Shown one piece after another: positions 54,250-64,000 of a stretch of DNA of 64,000 bases. The position numbers were made by a program, and so were the translations under genes. The notes under the pieces are model-generated. The model was not told where the DNA came from and did no database searches. It saw only the letters and a list, made by a program, of their open reading frames with translations. The stretch spans positions 151,218,001-151,282,000 of the forward strand of contig JBITNC010000001.1 of assembly GCA_050084985.1 (NCBI GenBank), in the 5' to 3' direction. How positions within the stretch are numbered: the first letter of the stretch is position 1; each line of letters opens with the position of its first letter. The DNA is from Nageia nagi (lineage: Eukaryota > Plantae > Pinophyta).

Positions 54250-56790
54250 TTAATCATATTAGCTTTCACTAAGTTGAGACATTTTAAAACGAATTTAATG
54301 GCCCATCCATTTGGTCCCACTTATCTTTTTTATAAGAATATAATATTGCTTTAAGATCCTCCTTTGTGACCTTCTTGCATAACTCCTAATTATTATCTTT
54401 AGTACAAAGTTAGGGAAGAAAAATGCTACTTTAATAATTTTAACTAAATTGACTTGCCCTAGTCCAAGTATAGATATTCTATGTGACCTATTACTAAATC
54501 ATCTATTCCATGGAGATAAGTGATAGAAAATTCTTCTTGTCCTCACATAACCTAAATTGTATTATATTATTTCTTGTGGTTGGTGAAGCTATGATAAATT
54601 TTTATGTTATCACCCTTGTTTGTTATCCATGGCACTTTACTTTCGAGACTCCATATGAACTCACTTTCTTTCAATAGGCTATTATTTTCAATTATTTTAT
54701 TTTTATTTTTTCATTGTACTTGTTTGAAATCTCTTTAAAAATCATTAAAGATAAGAGGTACAATCTCTCTTTCTCTTGCTTCCAACTATTGATCATTCAT
54801 TAATCTCTTTTGGTGGATCCATTTTACTACTTTTATCTTAATTTTTTTCAGAGTTGTGGAAAACTAAATGTTGGTAGGTTCATTTGAGCTTGAATCAATT
54901 GATTCACTAGGATTTTATCACATCAACAAAGCTTTTAGACCTTTAGCAAATCCAAGTTAAACTTGAAAGGGCTAGGTAATTTTTTCTCCACTAGTGATAA
55001 GTATTAGATAATTGGAGAGTGGTAGAAGTCACATTCATTCCCCACTCAAGATTTGATTTTATGACTACTAATTTTTATTCTGTTTACCATTAGAAATCTA
55101 TTAAGCCTATTTGCAATTCCATTAGCTTCCAATCTCATGTTCCATAATGTTGGGACTAATTTGATAAGGTTCAAATCTACCAGCCCTTTATCTTCAAATA
55201 TTTTGATGTATTCAACCATAAGATCATATTTAACTTAGCCCCTCCCAAATTTCACTCCTTGAGAGAGTGAGATTAAAATCCACATTTAATATTATTAATT
55301 CAACTTATAGAAAGGGAAGAGATAAATATTGTCTCCATATTTTATTCTATTTGAATACAAGTCATACATATTCCCAATTGAGATGACTTTTTTAATTTTT
55401 GAAGAGTGAAATTCTATCTCAATACTATATTTGAAGACTATTGAGTTTACTAGGTCAAGTTGATTGGTATTCCAACCTATAACAACCTCTTCTAAGTTTC
55501 ATGTCTCATTTATGGCTAAAAAATCCTAACCTTTAAAAAGTTTCTTAAGATCACCTATAACTTTTTTGGCGGCTCTTTTTATTTCTTATATTAATAAGAA
55601 TTTTAGCTTATGAGATTCTACTAGTCTTACTATAATACTTTTTAGAAGGCCTTCCCATTTCCCTAATATTAATAGAGAGAATAATTATGATTTAACCTCC
55701 TTCAAGACTATTCCTACTCTAAGAATCCCTTTGAGAGTGTTTTATTTCCCTAAATGAATCTCATAGAGAGCTTTGTTCTTTGTTAAGAACAAATTAGATC
55801 TTCTTTCTTATCTTATTATGGTAGATATAAGATCCTTAAATAACCCATGAACCCCTCTTATATATTGATGTCTACTAATTTTGGGCCCTTTTTAGGAGAT
55901 TTGAGTGTGTATTATGGGTTCATGAGGATGAAGAGTTCTCATGTTGACTAACTATTGAGAAAGAGGGACTTAAAGCTAATTAAGTTCCTTGTTAGGGGGT
56001 TTTTTGGAGTTCAACTATTTATTTAATTATCATTTGACTTACACTCCATCCATGAAAGATTATAGTCGTAGTTTGAACTTCTTTTGATTAATAGAGGGAG
56101 AGTTTCGACATGAGATTTTAGTGGCTTCAACCAATGGTCCATTAAGAGACAATGGACAAGTGTTGAGAATACTTAAAAAATAATTATTTCAATGATGGGC
56201 TTCCTCCTTGATAAGTGTTCAGGTATAATAAAACAACATCCAAAATTGAGTTTGATGCATTTTCTATCATGACTTAAGATGGTTTATTGAGGAGAGGTTT
56301 TCCTAACAAACTTTCCCTTCATGACTCATGAACTATCAACTTAAGATCCTATCTAGCTTCCTCCTAAAGAATATTTTTTATTTTAGAATGGATTTTGCTA
56401 TGTGAATTCTCGTATTCTTTTTCCTCCCTTTATGTATCTTTCTTTCTTTTGGGATTGTAGACCTCTTTGGCTAATATTGATGAGTAGTCCTTGCCTATAT
56501 GCCCATATTTATGGTAGAATGCACATTTGAGAGAGATTCCTACATAAACTATAACTTATATGTATGAACCTTTTTTTATATTAAATCTTAATATCCCCCA
56601 TAAGTCCCTATCTCCAATCCACATCTACGAGAATCCTAACCATTATCCTCTTATAAGAGGAGTAGAAGCTCTCATCAACTTTCAAAAAAGTACCTATGTG
56701 ATTATTGATTACTTTGAGAAAATGTTGAGATATTTCTTTGTAGATAAGGGATCCTACCAATCATATAACATGGGAAGAAATAATTTATAA
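54250..56790 (-). mobile_element. Degenerate L1-type LINE (ORF1 zinc knuckle, endonuclease, start of ORF2 linker)
   Basis: Minus-strand motifs in the expected order: CAFYHKYGHI at ~56525-56495, LIILNVDFNLTLSRSEIWEG (GDFN-like) at ~55298-55239, an FK(F)N-like motif at ~54893 and W..GD.N-like at ~54630-54605. Confidence 0.7.
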
Positions 56791-57791
56791 AATATAAAAT
56801 GTTTAAAAATAATTTAAGTCTTATAAATAAAAAGGAAAGAAACCAACTAAATATCAATTTTATTAAAAATAGAGGGGGGCCTTGATGAAAAATTTAGAGC
56901 CTTTGTTTTGTCCAATTGAGTATCATGATCATATGGTGTCTACTTAAGTGAAAATAAAAAGGGAAGACCTATTCATTATTACAAGTTAGGGGATGAATAA
57001 AAGATATGTGCATGCTCAAACTTGCATGCCCGATGGCTTCAATCAAGGTTTTGTAGAGGGATAATTAGTCATAAGAAGAGGAAAAAGAAGGCAACCATTT
57101 TTATACTTGATTATTTTTTATATATTATAACTTCAAATTATGGTAATAGATGATACAATAATGAACTATGTAACTCTTCTAGTGGCATAATTTTGAACTT
57201 CTCATGATAAAAAAAGTTACTCTATTTATCGGAGAAAGTAGAAAAAATTCAAAGGTTTTTGTAGGCTTGGGATCATGATTTTACTAGCTTAATCAAATCC
57301 ATTTAAAAAGAGTGGTTAATCACTTTCATAAGATAGGGGATATACAACCATTATGCTTTTGATGTATTATGAACCGATAACTTCCTTCTCAGGATTGTAA
57401 AGATACCTAACAATGCAACAAAGGAGAAGGAATTTTATTTTTAATGAACATTAAACTCAAGCATTAAAGTGTAATAAATATTTCAATCCTGATAACTTCT
57501 TGGTTGTTTCCTTTTTTATGGAATATCACTAGTGAAATTATTGTTACCAAGTTAGCGTTGAAATAACTATGTGCCATTTATGGTCTAGTTGGATGGAAAG
57601 GTTTAATTTTTTAACATCTTCCCCTCATTTCAATCGAAAGGGTTCATTATCAAGTCAATCCAACAACAAATTTAATGAAACCTTTGATAAACATATGGAA
57701 AACACCTTTTATGCAAGTGATGTTGAATACATAATATAAAAAAGAATAAGGATCTAGAGAAAATTTAAGAAAATAAAGGATAATTATGTGC

Positions 57792-58003
57792 AATGCTTGA
57801 CAACTAAGAATGACCAACAAGGGAAGGGGATAAAGGGGAGCAAGATGATGTCATGGGTTTACTAAACCTTGTGTCTCTAATAGTTGTATCTTAGAGAGGT
57901 ATTAATGCTCAACAACCGAGAATGACTAACAAGAGAAGAGAATAAAGGGGAGTAATATCACATCACATGTTTATTATACATTGTGTCCCTAATAGTTGCA
58001 TCT
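57792..58003. repeat. Diverged direct tandem repeat, period 112 bp
   Basis: AATGCT..ACAAC..AGAATGAC.AACAAG.GAAG...ATAAAGGGGAG...TTGTGTC.CTAATAGTTG.ATCT at 57792 and 57904. Confidence 0.8.
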
Positions 58004-58145
58004 CATTGAAGCATTGAGGCATCGAATTAATTTTGTAGTTATTTCTATAATATTCAAAATCTAAATAAAACATCATACTATTTTTATAAAAAAATGTAAT
58101 ATATACCTTATAAAGTAAAATCAAGTCAATATTTAACATCCTTTA

Positions 58146-58263
58146 ACCTTATTGAGTCATAGGCCCTATCAAGAATTTTCAAATATCATCAATGTAGGGG
58201 GTGAGAGTGAAACCTGAAACCTTCCACTTGGATATATTCACACCTCACTTCTCCCAACTCCCT
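58146..58263 (-). mobile_element. Possible tRNA-derived SINE fragment
   Basis: Minus-strand head GGGAGTTGGGAGAAG and B-box-like GGTTTCACTC; the head resembles that of the neighbouring element. Confidence 0.4.
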
Positions 58264-58299
58264 TAATAAAAATTGATTGAAAATAATTAAAATTAAAAG

Positions 58300-58533
58300 T
58301 TTTTTTTTTTTTAATAGCAAGCCATTCTGTTTCTAGGATTTAGGGAAGTTAATCCTTTAGCTTGAGAGGCAACGGGTAGGGGTATCTTTTCCATCAAATT
58401 CACCCAGGACTTGCACCTAACTTGATTGTATCGCAGTATTATTGCGGCTTATATGCATCCAACCTAAAGGGAGAGATTTGAATTTGAGCCTCTCTCATGA
58501 GAGTTTTAACATACTCTTTCTCTCCAACTCCCC
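58300..58533 (-). mobile_element. Probable tRNA-derived SINE with poly(A) tail
   Basis: T13 at 58300-58312 (a minus-strand A-tail); minus-strand head GGGGAGTTGGAGAG; anticodon-like CTCTCATGAGAG; degenerate B-box AATTCAAATCTC; length ~235 bp. Confidence 0.55.
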
Positions 58534-58711
58534 TATTAGATTATCCTCTTTACAAACATTTACTCTTAAGCATCACTTTACGAAATTTAAATTAAACATA
58601 TACCATCTTTCAATCTCTTAAGCATCACTTTACAAACATTTACTCTTTCTTTATATATCTTTACATTACATTACTTTTTCTTTTCATTATAACAATATAT
58701 TATTTTAATAA

Positions 58712-59261
58712 GGGATACTTACCAAAATACCCCTATAACTTCATGAAATTACCAAAACACCCTCAATCTTAAAAATTTAACAAAATACCCCTAAAAGTTC
58801 ATGAAATTACATAAATGCCCTTGAATCTTACGAAATTACCAAAATACCCCTAAAAATACATTAATTAAAAATGAAAAATATTTTAATACTGTTATAAAAA
58901 TAAAATATTAAAATAATGAAAAATAAATTTTTGAATAATTCAATGCCATGGTTGTTAATCCTCAGTAACTAGCGACTAAGATTCTATTATCTCAATTGCT
59001 AGTTACTGGGAATTAACAACCATAACATTGACTCATTTAAAAAAAAAAATCATTATTTTAACAATTTATTTTTCATAATAATATTAATTTTTATTTTTAT
59101 TTTTTAATTTATGAATTTTTAAAGATATTTTAGTAATTTCCTAAGATTGAGAGATATTTATGTAATTTCATAAACTTTTTAGGATATTTTGGTAATTTTT
59201 TAACATTGAAGAGTATTTTAGTAATTTCATGAACTCATAGAAATATTTTAATAAGTTTCCC
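58712..59261. mobile_element. Fold-back Mutator-like MITE (550 bp)
   Basis: The whole element is an imperfect palindrome centred near 58986 (GGGATACTTACCAAAATA...TATTTTAATAAGTTTCCC). 9-bp TSD TTTTAATAA / TTTTAATTA. Subterminal ~29-bp repeats contain AAATTACCAAAATACCCCT. Confidence 0.9.
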
Positions 59262-59634
59262 TTTTAATTAATACATAATCAAAAATAAATAAATATATAT
59301 ACTTCTATTATTATTTTTGCATAAGAGTCCATGTTGTCATTCAACATAATTTTCTTTTGTCATATTTTTTTACATTCGACAAACTTTGAAATTCAAAAAA
59401 AAGAAAAAAACAAAGAAAATTGTATGTCAATTTTGGTATCAGATCACATTACTTAGTCTTCAATTTTGATTTCAATTCCTTGAGGCGGTCAGTTTTCGCA
59501 TCAAACCCATTAAGAGCTCTTCAGAGTGGAGCATTCGGAGAGGAGGAGGGCACATTCGGAAGAAGACGTAGTAGATTTGAACCCTGGTTTCCTTTACGAA
59601 AATCCTTAATTTGTTGCAGACCAGTCAGATTGCA

Positions 59635-59989
59635 ATGTCGGGATCAGTGAGTAGATTAGCCCGCAATCTTTCGAGAATTAAGAGAGCGAGGGTTATTGAC
59701 AATCGATTTCCTGTGGGCTTCCGTCAATTTTTTGCCACTTCGGTACCTTTGTCAACAAATGGCATTCGCTGCATAAAAAATACGCCGTTGGACAGATATT
59801 CATGGAGTATCATGCTCAGTAAGCCTCCTTTTCGTATTCATTTTTCTTGCAGATTGAACAACTTAGAGTTTGTCTCATTCCTGCACCAAACTCCGCAATT
59901 GAAACAGACCCAGAATTGGTCCATCTCCATGGAGGAAATAAAGTACCAGTATGCCTAGAAAGTTACCATATTGAAGCTCTGGGAACCTG
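59635..59989 (+). CDS. First two coding exons of an unidentified gene with a probable mitochondrial targeting peptide; 3'-partial
   Basis: ATG in good context (GCAATGT). Exon 59635-59742 gives MSGSVSRLARNLSRIKRARVIDNRFPVGFRQFFATS (R/S-rich, one acidic residue). Intron 59743-59852 is GT...TTTTTCTTGCAG. Exon 59853-59989 is open only in the matching frame (IEQLRVCLIPAPNSAIETDPELVHLHGGNKVPVCLESYHIEALGT) and ends at donor TG|GTAACC. The region retains CpG, unlike the surrounding transposons. Confidence 0.7.
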
Positions 59990-60899
59990 GTAACCCCTGG
60001 TGCTTTCCACATTTTAGGAACAACTAAGTAAAAAAAAATATATCTATTATATAGAGTTTATATGCTTAGTTGTATTCTCAAGATAAAGAGTGCACTTGAT
60101 AGTTGATAGTGCATCTCGATTTAAGGAGCAAAAGAGAATCTTAAAACTTCTATAAAATTTGTAAAGATATGCAATCTTTTGAAATTTTTGACAGTCTTTG
60201 GCTCTCTCGCTTCTCTTGGAATAGATATAGAGTTCCTTTTCGGAGGTGCTATGATTCGACTTGACCTTTGGCAATAAGGCCTTTAAATGATACAACATTG
60301 AATATTCTGAAGTATGATGCCTATGGCAAACTAGGCAACATTAATCTTGAATGGTTATTGAGAATAGGTGTGAGCAAGCATTAGAATAAAGGAAAGAACA
60401 TCTTTAAGACAATGCACAATGGGCTTATGGAATCCAATTAAGAGTTTTCTAGTTATTGATATGATGAAGTGGGTGGGTCATATGTGGATAGTTACAAATG
60501 AACTTTGTGTAGAAAGTTTTATCTCATATAATACTCATGAAATTTGAAATGTTTATGAGGCCTTTCAAGAAGACATTGGGTTTATTTTGATCTGCAAGCA
60601 CTTTATTCTTGTCGATGAGAAAGCCCAAGTAATTTTCTTAGGTTTTCCCAAAGGAGGACATGTTCATCTTGATTTGAAGCGGGTGTTGATGAAGATGTTC
60701 GATAACTATTTGCAATAATTCCTAGACGGCCATTTAACATTTTGTGATTGACAAAGATGTCATGTAGAAAGACAACACATTTTACCATATGAAACTTTAA
60801 TACACCCTTATTGTTGTGAATGGATATGGTAGATGCTTTGGTGATGCTGAAAAGCATGAACAATCATTAATAGAGCCTAAACATTATTTTGAATGTTGT

Positions 60900-63450
60900 C
60901 TTCTAGGAGCTTTGTGTACAAACTTGGCAATACTTGAAAGCCAGTTGAGATTAGTAAAGTATTTAGCACCTCAATGTTGTTTCGCAAGGTTATTGATCTT
61001 AAGAAGAAGGTAGTGGTGGTTGACAATAATTATATGAGGAACACACTTTTTCTTAACTAAATAGCACTCATTATGCTTTTTGTTCAGTATTACTTGAGTA
61101 TGAGACCCAGAAGGAGAAGTGCTTGATTGTTTCTTGTTGCATTCCACAATCACTTGATCTATTGGTCTATCCCAACACTCTTGATGGATGTAACGTGGTA
61201 AGCTAGCCATTTAGGCAATTAAAAGTCTAGAACAAGCTCAACTGAAAGCTCAATGAATCGTAAAGGAATCTTTGTTATTCTCTTTCTACATCATCTCCTT
61301 GATCTTGTAGTATCCAGTGATAGTCTTAATCGACTTTCTTCTAGGGCCTTGGTTTCCTCTATGGATCTAGTCTCACAAGGATATTAATAGTGTTGGTTCT
61401 TTGAGGTCATTGATGCAGTTTAGTGCATAGGCCCCTCATAGGATTGATTACCTATTCCTCATGGCAATCGTATAGGACCCTAGTAAAGTTACAATCATTG
61501 ATCCAAGAGTCCATTTATAGGGCCTACCTCAAAACCATTTGGGTTAGACCTCAACACCACTTCATGCCCAAGTTCTTACACTACTCGTAGTGTTTTCTCC
61601 ATATTGATAGCAGATTGATCCTCCCCTTAAGTTACTTCAGCTTCTACCTTTCACTTGGTTTGAGAATGTTTCTCAGCTAGTTTTAGGTTTGCTTGCACCA
61701 ACTGCGAAATGAGTTGGCCACCATCTAGCCGAGGATTTTGTCGACAATGCTCCTAGAGATTGAGTCTAAGGACCACTTCATTTTTTGATGCCCTATTTAC
61801 TATGAGATCTAAGGTTGGTACCATTACCTCTTTTGAGACTCACAACTCAATCTCTTTCTTCTTCCGATACACAAACAAGCAATGCGTGACACTCTTCCTT
61901 CGAAAGACCTTCCTTCTTTAGAAGCGCCTCCTCTCACTACCCCCCAGTTGATAGGGATTTGTATCACATCCTTCTTACGAGATGTCCCAGAGGAGGGGGA
62001 TTTTAAGAGTTCTCATGATGACCTCTTGATTGATGCATCGAATCATGCTTATTTGACCACACTCCCTAGCCTTTAGGGACTCGTTAGATCACTTCCTTCT
62101 TTTCACCATCATGGGTGGCATGTATCTAACTACCAGGAGCGACCTACATGAGACTTTAGAGCTAGTTGAGCATGCATTCCCTTCTTCCTCCTCATCTTCC
62201 TGCTCCTCCTTTCTGTCTCTCTTTGTAATTCGGAGTGGCTCCTCCTTGATTGCCCCTTCTTCATTGTATCTCTTCTAGCTAGAGGCACAAAATTTAGGAG
62301 TTTGACCCCCACTTGTACTTTTGTCTTATTAGTATAGGTTCTATGTTGGACCACTTTGGGCCTTGATTGGTATTTTTGGCATTCATGTACTATCTAGTCC
62401 CATTGGTCGCTTTTGGTCAGCCTTGGACATAATATATTTTATTTCTTTTCTTTTCTTTGTAGTGATTGCACTGTAGCTTCTACAGGAGATTCATCTAGAG
62501 ATTCTTCTGTCACTTCTATGGGTACTTCAATTAAGGAGTTAGCCTCCAAATCTAATAAATAGGTTTTCGATTTCTTACATTTGTGCCTCAATATCCATCT
62601 CCAATCATGGTTGTAACAAAGCCCTTTAGCTGTGCATGTTTCCATTTTCTCTGATGATAACCTCTTGACAAAAGGCTATAATGAAGTAGTTAGCCACCAA
62701 ATCTAATAAATAGGTTTTCTATTTCTTACACTTGTGCCTTAGTATCCATCTCCCATCATGGTTGTAACATAGCCCTTTAGTTGTGTATGTTGCCATTTTT
62801 CCTGATGATAACCTCTTGACAAAAGGCTATTTAGATATTGTATTAGTCAAATTTGCTAATTAGTTTGTTATTAAATGGATTGTTGGTCTTTCCTTGCATG
62901 TTGCATTTCCCTCCAGCTAGCTTGGCCAAGCCCACAACTTTCATCCAAATGTTTGGGTTAAATATATGTACCATAATTTTGATATCTTCCCACCAACTAA
63001 TGAAGTAACTATCAAAGAAACTGCCAAGCAATTCCATGGTCATATTGGCCAACTTCTTAAAGGAAGCAATATAAAGTACTAGTTTGGTGTAACTTGGTTA
63101 AAGCACCAACAAAATCTTTAAATTTCTAGGTCCAAAATGGTTAAATTTCTAGGTCCAAAATGGGTAAGGAGTTGGTTTTTGAATTGTGTCCAGTTTAAGA
63201 TGGCATGTGTCTTTTTTTAATCCATTGGTACCATTGGTCCACCGCATGATCCTAGTAAAATGTCACTATGTAGACTTTTTTTATTAGAAGGGGTTTGGTG
63301 GAGGTCAAATAATTCTTCTGCTTTTATAAACTAGTTTTGAAAGTTTTTTCCATCAAATTTCAGGAATTCTATTTTTGAGAACCTAGCAATTTCGCCTAAG
63401 GAGCTTCGCCCCATGAATACTTCCTTCTTTGTTGACTTCTTTTGTTCTTG
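60900..63450 (-). mobile_element. Internally deleted chromovirus-type Ty3/gypsy remnant, probably intronic
   Basis: Minus strand: ARFSKIEFLKFDGK (gag start, ~63388-63347), AKGLCYNHDWRWILRHKCK (gag C-terminal knuckle) and a chromodomain-like RPIDQVIVE at ~61170. Confidence 0.65.
62537..62830. repeat. Tandem duplication (~143 bp, period 151) of the gag zinc-knuckle segment
   Basis: AGTTAGCC.CCAAATCTAATAAATAGG...CTTGACAAAAGGCTAT at 62537 and 62688. Confidence 0.9.
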
Positions 63451-64000
63451 TCGACCATTGGACTCCTCTTGGTGGGGTCTAGGAATCTCAAAGTTAGGTT
63501 TCTATTGGTTAACCTTTGATTGCTTGAAAAGATCATCAGTGCTGCTTCTTGGATGTCACATCATTGACTGAGTTGTCTTGAACTTTCAGAAATCTTGAAA
63601 ACATGGCAACCACATGTCTATTTTTCATTTAGGGTGGTGACATGTGTCAACTATTCATCTTGTTTCTGCACTCTGACGTCTATTTTAGTAGATTCTCTAG
63701 CCAAATAAGCCATGGGACCAACTAGGGTATTATTGGGTTCGGAAAAAACTTATCAAGAAACTGTGTCAAAATGATTGTCTTTTTGAGGGGATAGTAATTG
63801 GCTAGCTTTTCAATAAGTGATTTGATTTTGGGTCGTGAAACATTTTTTTTGCTAGAGCCAAGTGTCTGGTGTTTGATAATGAACATAATCATTTTTTAGT
63901 ACATATTTAGGTTGGTTACCTCTAGCTTTTGAGGGTGACTATTTGCACAACCATTTGATATAGTATTGAAACCTAATAATAGAACCTGGCCCAATATATT

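Noticed and set aside
56850-57750. Possible DNA-transposon (hAT/CACTA) transposase remnant
   Set aside because: No diagnostic motif or terminal repeat could be identified by eye.
58460-58533. tRNA-Met gene
   Set aside because: No complete cloverleaf or acceptor stem, and the long tail with poly(A) indicates a SINE.
59568-59619. Possible 5'-UTR intron (GTAGTA...TTGCAG)
   Set aside because: It would be only 52 nt with a weak donor, and cannot be supported without transcripts.
59420-59958. Unspliced ORFs 59420-59650 and 59611-59958 as genes
   Set aside because: Both have non-ATG starts. The second reads through a canonical intron and enters exon 2 in a frame that stops, so the spliced model fits better.
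59853-59989. Naming the second gene (e.g. an organellar poly(A) polymerase/nucleotidyltransferase)
   Set aside because: There is only a vague positional resemblance and no catalytic motif in the window.

Overview
Eukaryotic plant DNA. The extreme CG/CHG depletion in the repeats and the types of retroelements suggest a large-genome seed plant, probably a gymnosperm (inference). Two host genes bracket the window. At the left are the last six coding exons of an ABORTED MICROSPORES (AMS)-like bHLH transcription factor (+, 1001-3013). At the right are the first two coding exons of an unidentified gene with a probable mitochondrial transit peptide (+, from 59635). The ~55 kb between them is a nested stack of decayed transposons: a Tat/Ogre-type Ty3/gypsy element; a pol-less LTR element carrying a PPR-gene fragment; a solo LTR; a truncated LINE with an extra ORF after RNase H; a full-length CRM-like gypsy element; a gag-only Sirevirus-like element; a full-length Ty1/copia element; further LINE remnants; two SINE-like pieces; and a 550-bp fold-back Mutator-like MITE just upstream of the second gene. 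I see no CRISPR array, rRNA or intact tRNA. The best candidates for undescribed biology are the LINE with a third ORF and the PPR capture inside an LTR element. All family assignments come from motifs read by eye, not from database searches.
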